A stretch of DNA of 24,235 nucleotides from Candidatus Iainarchaeum sp. (GTDB taxonomy: Archaea > Iainarchaeota > Iainarchaeia > Iainarchaeales > UBA10191). Location: positions 1 to 24,235 of the forward strand of contig JAUSFL010000032.1 of assembly GCA_030649735.1 (NCBI GenBank), read 5' to 3'. The translations under genes were made by a program, and so were the position numbers. The first letter of the stretch is position 1. Every line of letters starts with the position of its first letter. The notes beneath the pieces are model-generated. The model saw only the letters and a list, made by a program, of their open reading frames with translations, made no database searches and was not told where the DNA came from. Positions 1 to 8,384 of this stretch are shown here, piece by piece.

Positions 1-303
1 TGCCAAGTCTATTTTTACTAGAATATTGTCTTTTTTTGCTTCAAAAAATTTGAATTGTTCTTCATTTCTGGATTTTCTTTCACTAATTTCAAATTCTGGT
101 TTTAGGCAGTCCAAAAGCAACCCAGTGTTTCCGGAATAATACGCGTCTAAGTCAATTGACAATCTTTTGGGCCTTTCCAGAAGTGATTGAACAGCGCTGC
201 CGCCGATAAAAACAAAGCTTTCCTTATTCTCTCTGGCTTTCACTGCAAGCATTTCAAGAATTTCAAAAACTTGCTCTTGCCGTTTATTGAATTCAACATT
301 CAT
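1..303 (-). CDS. abiEii: AbiEii-family nucleotidyltransferase toxin (type IV TA), runs off the left edge
   Basis: Not in the ORF track. Hand translation from ATG at 303: MNVEFNKRQEQVFEILEMLAVKARENKESFVFIGGSAVQSLLERPKRLSIDLDAYY..., showing the GG(S/T)A and RxSxDLD motifs of AbiEii/pol-beta-like NTases. ATGA overlap with the upstream stop indicates translational coupling. Confidence 0.85.
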   Translation of the reverse strand, partial: MNVEFNKRQEQVFEILEMLAVKARENKESFVFIGGSAVQSLLERPKRLSIDLDAYYSGNTGLLLDCLKPEFEISERKSRNEEQFKFFEAKKDNILVKIDLA

Positions 304-974
304 GAATAATCAACTTCGTTAATTGCTTCCAAATACCGTTTTCCATTAGATAAATGCCGTAAGTCAAAAGAATAATTATCTTTCTTTGATGAGAGCTTGT
401 AAAGCATTATGTCAACAAACCAACCCAAGTATCTTCTTGTAGCATACCTTGACAAGACACCATAACGAATTATTGGCTTTTTGAGAAAATTGAAAAAGAC
501 TTCAGAAGTTTCTTTTACTGGAATAGGCAGCCACTCTCTTAAAGAGTAAGACAATAAATCAACAAGCATTCGTTCTAAAGAAGGCACTCTAATGTTGGAA
601 AATTCTTTTTTCCCAGCCATTAATGGCTTTGTTTCCTCAAAGTCTGTTCTTGTCAAAATAACAATCACGTCCCGAATTTCATTACTTCTGGCAGCAGCCC
701 AACTTTCATTAATTATTTTCGGCTTTCTTTCACCCTCATAAACCAAGCAATTCCTAAATTCCGAATCCCCAGCAATAAAGTTTATTATAGAATCTTTGGC
801 AGATTTCTCGCACTCTATAAAAATCATTGTTCTACGCACATTATGAAAATAAGGCAGGAATTCCGACAAATCCCAAACCCCAAACTTCAAATGGGGGTAT
901 TTATCAACTATTTTAACCGCCAATCTTCCAGTCCTATTAGCAACACCTGAATTGTCATATAAGTTATTTGTCAT
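300..974 (-). CDS. AbiEi-like antitoxin (DUF6577-like), apparently without an N-terminal wHTH
   Basis: PSLERMLVDLL resembles the (S/T)xExxLxD motif of AbiEi C-terminal domains; directly coupled to the AbiEii-like gene. Confidence 0.65.
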   Translation of the reverse strand: MTNNLYDNSGVANRTGRLAVKIVDKYPHLKFGVWDLSEFLPYFHNVRRTMIFIECEKSAKDSIINFIAGDSEFRNCLVYEGERKPKIINESWAAARSNEIRDVIVILTRTDFEETKPLMAGKKEFSNIRVPSLERMLVDLLSYSLREWLPIPVKETSEVFFNFLKKPIIRYGVLSRYATRRYLGWFVDIMLYKLSSKKDNYSFDLRHLSNGKRYLEAINEVDYS

Positions 975-995
975 ATAATCACTTTATATGACAAA
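952..995. promoter_or_regulatory. Three-copy operator over the TA operon start
   Basis: TTGTCATATAA at 952-962 and 968-978, inverted copy TTATATGACAA at 984-994; perfect 12-bp inverted repeat 967-978/984-995 with a 5-bp spacer; TATA-like TTTAAATA on the minus strand at about 999-1006. Confidence 0.7.
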
Positions 996-1060
996 AGTAT
1001 TTAAATCTTTCTAAACACCCCTCAAAAACCCTTCAAAACCGCACTTCCTGCACTTTCCAA

Positions 1061-1088
1061 CTGGCTTTTTACCGCCTAAAAAAGCCAG
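1061..1088. terminator. Inverted repeat downstream of VirB4 (terminator-like or protein-binding site)
   Basis: CTGGCTTTTT-accgccta-AAAAAGCCAG, perfect 10-bp stem ending 11 bp beyond the VirB4 stop. Confidence 0.4.
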
Positions 1089-1099
1089 AATGTAAGGTT

Positions 1100-3352
1100 T
1101 TAGGCTTTTGCAGTTTGGGCAACTGATTTTATTTTTTGAGTCCATTCTTTCACTTCGGTTCTGGTTATTGTTGCTCCGTATTTTTCATAATCTTGTTTGA
1201 TTATTGCTTGGGTTACTACGAAAGCCCAGTTTTTTCCGTAATTCTTTTCTAAATTTGCGATTTTAATGCCTAGTTTGGTTTTGTCTTTTTGAATGTCGTG
1301 TTCTGTTTGGATTTCTAAAGCGTATTTTGTTTTGTTGTGTGAGAATTCAATGTCTGCATCAACAGTATTTGTAGTCTTCACAAAGTCAAAGTTTTTACGC
1401 AATTCTTCAGCGATTAGTTCGGCGAGGAAGTAGTGTGCCGGGCTTTGATTACTTGGCGGATTATGTAGGTAGAATGATTGGTTTTTTCCTTCAAGGTTTG
1501 CGAATTTGATTTTTTTGAAATTGTTTTCTTTTAGGTAGCGTTCTTCATTGGTTGTCAGGCCTTCAGTTGGATAATAGTTTTTGTCAAGTTTGAAAGCGTT
1601 TTGTTTTGGCATCTGTTCTTGCTCTAGTTTCTGTTCAAATTGTTTGCGAGTTTGTTCTTTAGCATGAATTTCGTCGGGGTTTGTGGTTATTATCTCGTAC
1701 TCTTTTTTTGAGGCGACTACTGTTATGGGGATTCGGTCGTTCATTGCGAAGAGCAGGCCTTCGCCTTTTTGGGCTGTTAAAATGAAGTTTTGTTCTTCTT
1801 GGTTGAGGTTAAAACGCTCTCCTAGCTCTTTCATGACTACTGGCTCTTGCCTTAGCAAGAGCTTCCAGGCTGTGTTGGCTAGAATTGTGCGTCCGGCTTT
1901 GGAAAACAATAGGTCGTTGGCTTCTTGAGTGATTATTACCATGCCGAGGCCGTATTTTCTTGCTGTTTTGATGATTTCGAACAAATAAGTGGCTTGTTCT
2001 CCGTATCTTAATAAGCTCCAGGCTTCGTCAATGACTAAGAGCTTTCTGGCCTTGTCTTCCTGCATTCTCCTGTGAATAAAGTCTAAAATCAAGAACATCA
2101 TTACTGGTTTGACTTGGTTTGGCATGTCTGCAATGTTGAAGGAAATTAGGTCGTTTTGCAAATCTAGGTTGGTTTGCTTGTTTATGAAAGAGAATGTTCC
2201 CCTAGCGTAAATTCTAATCCTGTTTTCCAGGGCTTCGTAAGTCATTAGTTCTTGCCGACTGGCAGTCTTTTTTTCGTTGAGTAATTGCTGGTAGAGGTCT
2301 TCCATTATTGGCGGTTGCTTGTTCCAAGTTTCTGGATCGTGAGAGTAAATGCCTTTGGTATTGTAGGCTTGGTTAATGCACTTATCCAGAACATTCTTTT
2401 GCACTTCAGTCAATTCTCCGCACATAATTTTGAACAAGTCCATCAAGGACATCATTTTTTCCCCAAAATCCCGCCCCATCAAGTCAAAAGGATTAATGAT
2501 TGTTTCAGAATTGCGGGAAATTTCGATTAATTGGCCATTGTAAGTTTTAGTCAATTCAGTATACTCTCCTTGAGGGTCAATTATTAAGGTTTTGACATTA
2601 TTCATTAAATTTCGCAAAATGTAGAGTTTGACAAAAAAGCTCTTGCCAGCTCCGCTAGAGCCGATAATCAGGCCGTTGTAGTTTGTGAAAGTGTACTGGT
2701 CTAGAATTATTGGAATGTTGTTGCTTTGGTTTAGCCCGAACATTACTCCTTGCTCTTGAATGTTCAAAAAGCTGGAAGTGAATGGAAAGCAAGCAGCCAA
2801 AGCATTAGAAGTAATATTCCGAGATTCATTCAACTTGTCTTTTTGCAATGGAAGAATGCTTTGCAATGCAGGAAGCATTTGAAAGTACGGGGTTTTTGGA
2901 ATAATCATCATACTGTTCAATTCGCTTTCAATCTGTTTGGTTAAAAGATTGAGTTTTTTCTTTGAGCGCGCACGAGCATTAACGTAAAGGCTGAAATCAA
3001 AAAGTCTTTCCTCGCCTAATTGCAACTTTTCAAGTGTCTTTAGTGTGTCATTGTGTTGGACTTGCAAGACTGGGTTTACTATTCCTTTCATTTCTGAACT
3101 TAGAATGTCGCTTTTTTGCTTTACTAATTCTTGATTTAACTTTGTTAGGACTGTTTGAATGTGAGCTGGTTTCACATGCATGCTAATGTCAAAGTTTCCC
3201 TCACTAGTTATGAGGTTATTTAGCCAGCCTTCCTTAATCTGGCGAGGATAGCCAACAGCAGAAATGACTCTATTGTAATTTGTGTTCAATTGTATTGAAT
3301 CAATACTGTTTTTTACTAAAGATGGCTTCAGCAAATCTGCAAGTGTTGTCAT
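1100..3352 (-). CDS. virB4: VirB4-like ATPase with C-terminal PD-(D/E)xK-like extension
   Basis: Walker A GSSGAGKS, IIDPQGEY, Walker B LVIDEAW, ARKYGLG..ITQ and GEGLL motifs; N-terminal YPRQIKEGWL and TSNALAACFPF segments typical of Gram-positive/archaeal VirB4 (TrsE/ConE type). Confidence 0.9.
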   Translation of the reverse strand: MTTLADLLKPSLVKNSIDSIQLNTNYNRVISAVGYPRQIKEGWLNNLITSEGNFDISMHVKPAHIQTVLTKLNQELVKQKSDILSSEMKGIVNPVLQVQHNDTLKTLEKLQLGEERLFDFSLYVNARARSKKKLNLLTKQIESELNSMMIIPKTPYFQMLPALQSILPLQKDKLNESRNITSNALAACFPFTSSFLNIQEQGVMFGLNQSNNIPIILDQYTFTNYNGLIIGSSGAGKSFFVKLYILRNLMNNVKTLIIDPQGEYTELTKTYNGQLIEISRNSETIINPFDLMGRDFGEKMMSLMDLFKIMCGELTEVQKNVLDKCINQAYNTKGIYSHDPETWNKQPPIMEDLYQQLLNEKKTASRQELMTYEALENRIRIYARGTFSFINKQTNLDLQNDLISFNIADMPNQVKPVMMFLILDFIHRRMQEDKARKLLVIDEAWSLLRYGEQATYLFEIIKTARKYGLGMVIITQEANDLLFSKAGRTILANTAWKLLLRQEPVVMKELGERFNLNQEEQNFILTAQKGEGLLFAMNDRIPITVVASKKEYEIITTNPDEIHAKEQTRKQFEQKLEQEQMPKQNAFKLDKNYYPTEGLTTNEERYLKENNFKKIKFANLEGKNQSFYLHNPPSNQSPAHYFLAELIAEELRKNFDFVKTTNTVDADIEFSHNKTKYALEIQTEHDIQKDKTKLGIKIANLEKNYGKNWAFVVTQAIIKQDYEKYGATITRTEVKEWTQKIKSVAQTAKA

Positions 3353-3537
3353 AATTTTTCCCTCTCGATTTTCTTGTCCAATAATGCTTCAACCGCAAGT
3401 GCTTGAATTTTGTTCTGAATTCTCAACTGTTCAACAATTTCCTCACCCACTTGTTCTATGATTTCTTCAATCATTCTATTGTTTGCTTCCGCTGGCTGAA
3501 AACCATTCTGTTTTTTGGTTCTGCTCATTATTCTCAC
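3349..3537 (-). CDS. Small hypothetical protein between PrgI-like and VirB4 (true start probably 3528 or 3474)
   Basis: Stop overlaps the VirB4 ATG (ATGA); helical acidic sequence fills the operon gap. Confidence 0.5.
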   Translation of the reverse strand: MRIMSRTKKQNGFQPAEANNRMIEEIIEQVGEEIVEQLRIQNKIQALAVEALLDKKIEREKL

Positions 3538-4399
3538 TCTCCTTTAAAACCGTCAATGAACTCAAGTAATCGTTCTGGGCTTCGAAAAAGCCTTCAAAAA
3601 AGTTTGAAACCAAGCTCACAAGCTCTTGAGTTTTCAATCTTTCAGTTAATAAATTGCAGCGTTTTAGCTTTTCCCTGCAAACTTTTACTCTAATGTCTAA
3701 CTGGCTTTCCAATAGTTTCAAGTCTTGAGGTTTGTTTTTCAAGTTAAAGAAGTCAATTTTGCTCGGGCTTGCTGGGATTATGACATAAAACAGGCGGTTC
3801 TTGATTTTCTTTTTTTTAATGAAGTCTTGAATGAATCTTTTGAAAGACTCAAATTGAACCTGTAAGCCCTGTTTTTTAGTGCTTTCAACTTTTTTTTGTA
3901 AAACCGCCAAATACTCTGTTAGTGAAAGATTTACTGTTCTCATTACTATCTGGATTGGAAAATCCAAAGAATTCAGGAAGTCTTTGTACGCGCTAATAAT
4001 GGCTTTTTGCTCTTCGCCAGAAAGCATTGCAAAATGAATAGGAATTACCTGGATTACTGCCCTCGCGCTACCCCCGTTCAGGAAGATAACGTCATTTTTG
4101 ATGTCTTTTACTTCAACAAAATTGTTCAAACTTTTGTCAAAATAGCCTTGAATTCTAGGGGTTGAATAATAGTCTTTAATGATTTTCAAGTATTCAAACA
4201 AGTTCAGGAAGGCAAAGCCAACTCCCAAACCCATGAATACTAGCGAAATTGCAATTTTCACGGCAAAGTCTAAGTTAGTCTTGAAGAATACTACTCCAGC
4301 TAGGCAGCCGAACAAGCCAATCCAGGTTACTTGCCAGAAAGTTAGTCCGAACACTATTTTTTCAGTATACTTTAAGTTTTGTGGAATTTCATAAGGCAT
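3476..4399 (-). CDS. PrgI/VirB3-like membrane protein fused to a soluble TrsD/VirB4-N-like domain
   Basis: YEIPQNLKYTEKIVFGLTFWQ plus two TM helices (PrgI signature), then FAMLSGEEQKAII..FLNSLDFPIQI; upstream of VirB4. Confidence 0.8.
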   Translation of the reverse strand: MPYEIPQNLKYTEKIVFGLTFWQVTWIGLFGCLAGVVFFKTNLDFAVKIAISLVFMGLGVGFAFLNLFEYLKIIKDYYSTPRIQGYFDKSLNNFVEVKDIKNDVIFLNGGSARAVIQVIPIHFAMLSGEEQKAIISAYKDFLNSLDFPIQIVMRTVNLSLTEYLAVLQKKVESTKKQGLQVQFESFKRFIQDFIKKKKIKNRLFYVIIPASPSKIDFFNLKNKPQDLKLLESQLDIRVKVCREKLKRCNLLTERLKTQELVSLVSNFFEGFFEAQNDYLSSLTVLKESENNEQNQKTEWFSASGSKQ

Positions 4400-4468
4400 T
4401 TTTTCTCACTTTCCTCTTCTTCATTATTTCTAAAACTAAAATTGAACAATCGCACATTTTCAAACACC

Positions 4469-5311
4469 TCAAGCTAAAGCCATCATTGCAGGCCCAATCA
4501 TGCTTTTTCCAAGCTCTGCAAAATTCACGTTAACTCCGGCAGAACTTAAAGCCCGCTGGACTGCAAAAAACACTAAAACAATATTGGCAATTCCAACAAG
4601 CAAAAAACCCAGGCTTGGAGCCAGCAAGTTAATGTAAGGCAGGTAAGAGAATTCTGTCCAAAACAATTGCACAGCAATCAGAATTATTACATCTAAAACG
4701 TTCATGAAGGCTGCCGCGCCTAGCAATTGCAAGATTGCAGAACCGTAGGCTTTTACTGGTGGAATAAAGTACAGGAATAATCCGATTGGGAACAGCATTA
4801 CTCCAATAATCAGGAAGATTTGGCGCAAAACCAGAGTAATCACTGTCAAGAACACGGAAATTGCCAATGTCAATAGCCAAAGCAAGTCTGTCGCATTCAA
4901 GTTTTGGACTGAAAAAACATTCTCCAAGTTAGAATTCCATAAAGTTACTGAAATTCCCGAACTCAAGCTCAAAAGCAGTGAATAGAATAGCAAGGAAGCA
5001 TTAACTGCAATAACCAAGAGCAGGGCTTGCTTAAACCACTCTTTAGCCTCTGCCCTTTGCACTGCATCATAGCTTCCGAACAAGAATTTGAAGCCCACAA
5101 TCAAGAAAATAAGCAAGTAAAAGCAAGAGATTACTGTAATAATTACCAGCCACAAGTTTTGGAAGTGAAAAGGATCAATGTTTACTGTAAGCATTGCTTT
5201 AGCAATGTCAAACAAAGGCTGCACAAAACCAGCAAGCAAATGACCGATTCCAGAAAAGATAGAATTAACCAAGTCTCCCGGGAGATTGGTTATTGAATCC
5301 CACAAGCCCAT
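4469..5311 (-). CDS. VirB6/TrbL-like polytopic membrane protein
   Basis: About 6 hydrophobic helices; RQIFLIIGVMLFPIGLFLYFIP resembles the VirB6/TrbL core; operon position. Confidence 0.65.
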   Translation of the reverse strand: MGLWDSITNLPGDLVNSIFSGIGHLLAGFVQPLFDIAKAMLTVNIDPFHFQNLWLVIITVISCFYLLIFLIVGFKFLFGSYDAVQRAEAKEWFKQALLLVIAVNASLLFYSLLLSLSSGISVTLWNSNLENVFSVQNLNATDLLWLLTLAISVFLTVITLVLRQIFLIIGVMLFPIGLFLYFIPPVKAYGSAILQLLGAAAFMNVLDVIILIAVQLFWTEFSYLPYINLLAPSLGFLLVGIANIVLVFFAVQRALSSAGVNVNFAELGKSMIGPAMMALA

Positions 5312-6729
5312 TAGAACACCTTCCGAAAAGCATGCCTGGCAATCAAAAAAATGAAAAAATAAGCCGCAAGAAAACCAAAAGCCCCAATTAAAATATTCAA
5401 ACTTTGATTGTCTATTTGAGCAGTTCGCAAAGTTGCTGCTCCGTAAAATTCAGAATCCTGAAAACTGGCAGTAATAAGTCCATTGGATTCTTGGGAGTTG
5501 AAGTCTATTGGGACTTGGCCTTGAGAGTCAGTAATTAAAGTGCTTGATTTACTTCCCGCCGAAACATTAATTGTTTTGAAAGGCAATGGGTTTCCCGCAT
5601 TGTCAGAAAGTTTCAAAACATTCAAGTCAGTATCAAACTGCAAAACTGCCCGCTTCAATGTTTTAATATTGCATTCTTGAGTGTTTTGCTCAAAGCTTGA
5701 TGTTATTGTTTGCTGGCAGTTTTCCAAGCTCGTAGTGCCTAACCTGATTTTTCTTGAAGATTGAGAAAAATTAGAATCTAACTCCAAAAAGCCATTAACG
5801 TGCTCCGTAAACTCTGACCTTCGAGTAACAAACAATACTCCGTCAAGGTCAGAGTTTAAGTCAAAGTTTGCTTCTGAAAATTCAAAAGAGCCAGTGTTTG
5901 AAGAGAGTTTGAAATTATTGATTGGAGCGTTAGAATCCAGTAAAATTGTCAAAGTTTTCAAGTTGTTTGAATCTTCAAGCAATAACTCGGTTTTAAAATT
6001 CTCAATTACTGTTTTAGCGTTAAAAGAATCAATAATGTTTACTGAATCAGTTTGGTATTCTGTATTGTCAAAGTCGCAAGTTGTCCAATAATAATCATAA
6101 AAGCGGTGTTGTGTGAGCTTGTAATGGTCTGTTCTCAACCTTGCAGATAATGAAAGGCGAGTTTCAAAATTTAATGTTCCGTAATCTTTTGAAGTAATGT
6201 TGTAAGAGACGTCTTTTGAATTTCCTAAAAGCTGGTTGTTCAGGAAAGTCTGCAAGCTCTCGCTTAATGAATCGTAAGAGTAATTTGTTTGGCAATCCCA
6301 AGATTGCGTGCTTGAAGGTAAAACAATAGAAAAACCATAATTTGAGAATTCCTGGCCCGCTGGTTTAGCAAACCATTCATTAGAATTCAAGTCAAAAAAA
6401 GAGTTCTCAACGCTAATCACTTTTACCCAAGCGTTCTGGATTATTCCATTACTTGCTGGAGTAATGCTCCGTGGCGGTTGAGTAAAAGATAGATTCTTGT
6501 TCCATTCAAAAACAGAACTAAAAGAGCCTAATTCTCCTTGTTCGTTTGAAAGGTTAAAGAACAAATCTTGTTGTTGCTCTGTGTTCAAGCTAGAGTCCTG
6601 AAAGATTTTCTGGCATTCTTCAAGCTTCCAGTCATTAAAGCGCGAGCAATCGCTTTCAGAAATTGCAGTTGCAAAACTTCCAATCATCAAAAACACCACT
6701 AAAAACGCAAACCTCATTTGAAAAACCAA
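5311..6729 (-). CDS. Secreted, C-terminally anchored protein of the T4SS-like operon (start probably the ATG of MRFAF)
   Basis: Signal peptide, Cys pairs, Ig-like LSDNAGNPLPFKTINV..TDSQGQV segment, C-terminal TM helix and basic tail. Confidence 0.7.
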   Translation of the reverse strand: MVFQMRFAFLVVFLMIGSFATAISESDCSRFNDWKLEECQKIFQDSSLNTEQQQDLFFNLSNEQGELGSFSSVFEWNKNLSFTQPPRSITPASNGIIQNAWVKVISVENSFFDLNSNEWFAKPAGQEFSNYGFSIVLPSSTQSWDCQTNYSYDSLSESLQTFLNNQLLGNSKDVSYNITSKDYGTLNFETRLSLSARLRTDHYKLTQHRFYDYYWTTCDFDNTEYQTDSVNIIDSFNAKTVIENFKTELLLEDSNNLKTLTILLDSNAPINNFKLSSNTGSFEFSEANFDLNSDLDGVLFVTRRSEFTEHVNGFLELDSNFSQSSRKIRLGTTSLENCQQTITSSFEQNTQECNIKTLKRAVLQFDTDLNVLKLSDNAGNPLPFKTINVSAGSKSSTLITDSQGQVPIDFNSQESNGLITASFQDSEFYGAATLRTAQIDNQSLNILIGAFGFLAAYFFIFLIARHAFRKVF

Positions 6730-6743
6730 CGCAACGGGGGGAG

Positions 6744-6773
6744 AACTCCCCCAACCTTCCGGCTGGGAGAGTT
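6744..6773 (-). other. RNA hairpin after the pilin gene
   Basis: Minus strand AACUCUCCCAGCC-GGAA-GGUUGGGGGAGUU: 13-bp stem with two G-U pairs and a GNRA tetraloop. Confidence 0.6.
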
Positions 6774-6782
6774 TTTGGGAGT

Positions 6783-7100
6783 TTAAACTGTTGCGGGGGA
6801 TGTCAAAAAACTAACCATTAACGGCGCAACCCAAACCACGACCAAGCCGACAATTGCATAACCAAGCATTGACTTAGCTCCCTCGCGAGCTTGGATATTG
6901 TCGCCGGAAAACATGAACTTGACGCCGGCAAAAGTAATAGCCAAAACAGCAACTACTGAAATAACCGCCTTAACCAAGTCATAAATCTTGTCTAATGGCG
7001 CGGTAATCTGGGAAACGTCAGTCGCGGCATGCACTGTAGGCAAAGCCAGCAAAAACACAGCGAACAAAACCACAACAATATTAGGGTAAATTCCTTTCAT
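6783..7100 (-). CDS. TrbC/VirB2-family pilin
   Basis: Signal peptide ending VHA, two hydrophobic helices separated by GVKFMFSGDNIQAREGAK, AIVGLVVV; SD GGAGG at 7109-7113; first gene of the operon. Confidence 0.8.
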   Translation of the reverse strand: MKGIYPNIVVVLFAVFLLALPTVHAATDVSQITAPLDKIYDLVKAVISVVAVLAITFAGVKFMFSGDNIQAREGAKSMLGYAIVGLVVVWVAPLMVSFLTSPATV

Positions 7101-7235
7101 TCAAAAAACCTCCAAGTTTCATACAACCCATTCTGCAGGCTTCAAATAAATACTAGCAACTCAAGACTTCTCATGAGAAAACCTGACAAAGGCTAATAAA
7201 AACCTCGAAAACAGAACTAATGCAGGTGATTGAAA

Positions 7236-7394
7236 GTGCAAACTGAAACGATCCAAAAAAACAAAGAACTCCAAGTTACTCTTGAAGAGTTTGAAAAAAT
7301 GCACTCAAAACCATTCATGTATATTCTAGAACAATACGAAAAATGGCAAAAACTCAAAGAACAAGCAGGAATGCAAACAAGACTACAGGACTAA
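7236..7394 (+). CDS. Small hypothetical protein (52 aa), divergent from the pilin operon
   Basis: Not in the ORF track. SD GGTGA at 7225-7229, GTG at 7236, MQTETIQKNKELQVTLEEFEKMHSKPFMYILEQYEKWQKLKEQAGMQTRLQD, stop converges on the lipoprotein stop. Confidence 0.5.
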   Translation: MQTETIQKNKELQVTLEEFEKMHSKPFMYILEQYEKWQKLKEQAGMQTRLQD

Positions 7395-7398
7395 TCCT

Positions 7399-8085
7399 TT
7401 AAGATTTTGCATTTAATTGTGCTTCAAAAACTGAATTAAAATATTTTCCAACCCGTTCAAACACTTTGTTCTGGTCGGAATTAAGCCCGGTAGTATAACC
7501 TAATTGAGCAATTAATTTGTTTTTTCTAACAAAAAACAAGTAAATGTCAAAGTTGCCTTCTCTTGCATAAACATCTTGATAAAGCTGTTTTGGCTGGCCA
7601 TTGAAGATTTTGTCCAATTTCTCATAATTAGTGCCTTTAAACACTATGGAATAATCTCCCAGTTTTGGGGCGTCTATTTCCCTCATCCAATTGGCTTGCT
7701 CTCTGATTTTAGGGACTTGCTGGTTATATTCCAAAATACTGTTAGTGTCAGAAACTTCATTAGCATACCGGAAAGAAACCCAGCCAATCTTGGAATTGTC
7801 AATCTTATTATCGTAACCAACTCCAAAAGCCGTTTTATAACCAAGAACCACTTTATTCAAGTCTATCCCAATAACGTAACCGTCATTTGCTACCTCAGTT
7901 ATTGTCAAATAAGCATTATAGTCTGGAAAAGAAAAGTTTACTGGCTCTTTAGATTCAACCAACGCACTGCTACTATTCTTATCAATATTCTTGTCAGCTA
8001 GGTCTGTTTTTTGTGTGTTCTGGTTAGCGCAACCAGTTAATAGGATCGCAAGAATAAGCCCTAACAGCATGATTGTTTTCTTCAC
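7399..8085 (-). CDS. Lipoprotein of unknown function
   Basis: MKKT-hydrophobic-LLTGC lipobox; GTGA overlap with the upstream ORF. Confidence 0.75.
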   Translation of the reverse strand: MKKTIMLLGLILAILLTGCANQNTQKTDLADKNIDKNSSSALVESKEPVNFSFPDYNAYLTITEVANDGYVIGIDLNKVVLGYKTAFGVGYDNKIDNSKIGWVSFRYANEVSDTNSILEYNQQVPKIREQANWMREIDAPKLGDYSIVFKGTNYEKLDKIFNGQPKQLYQDVYAREGNFDIYLFFVRKNKLIAQLGYTTGLNSDQNKVFERVGKYFNSVFEAQLNAKS

Positions 8086-8294
8086 GTTTCAAGAAAGGAA
8101 TTAGACATATTTAAACGTTGCTTGATTAAAAAACCGCGATAGCCGCAAGCCTTGCACTTTCCTAAAGCTGCCTTTTGCTTTCCAACCAAAGTCCCAAGTT
8201 CCAGCAGGCCTGGGTTAGCGTTCTCGCATTTAGGGCACTTTACTCCAAAAGGCAATTCGCTTTTCTTCTTTTTCCAGAAAATCAAGCAATCCAT
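8082..8294 (-). CDS. Small Zn-ribbon protein
   Basis: CPKC...CKACGY knuckles; coupled to the lipoprotein gene. Confidence 0.6.
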   Translation of the reverse strand: MDCLIFWKKKKSELPFGVKCPKCENANPGLLELGTLVGKQKAALGKCKACGYRGFLIKQRLNMSNSFLET

Positions 8295-8384
8295 AAAACC
8301 GCCATTAAAATTTTATACTAGGACTCCCTAACCAATACAGCTAATTCTAAAACAATCACAAAACAAAAATTATCCCGCCCTTAT

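Noticed and set aside
1010-1090. Possible oriT (AAAACCC-like repeats and an inverted repeat)
   Set aside because: No relaxase in view and no recognisable nic site; low-complexity repeats.
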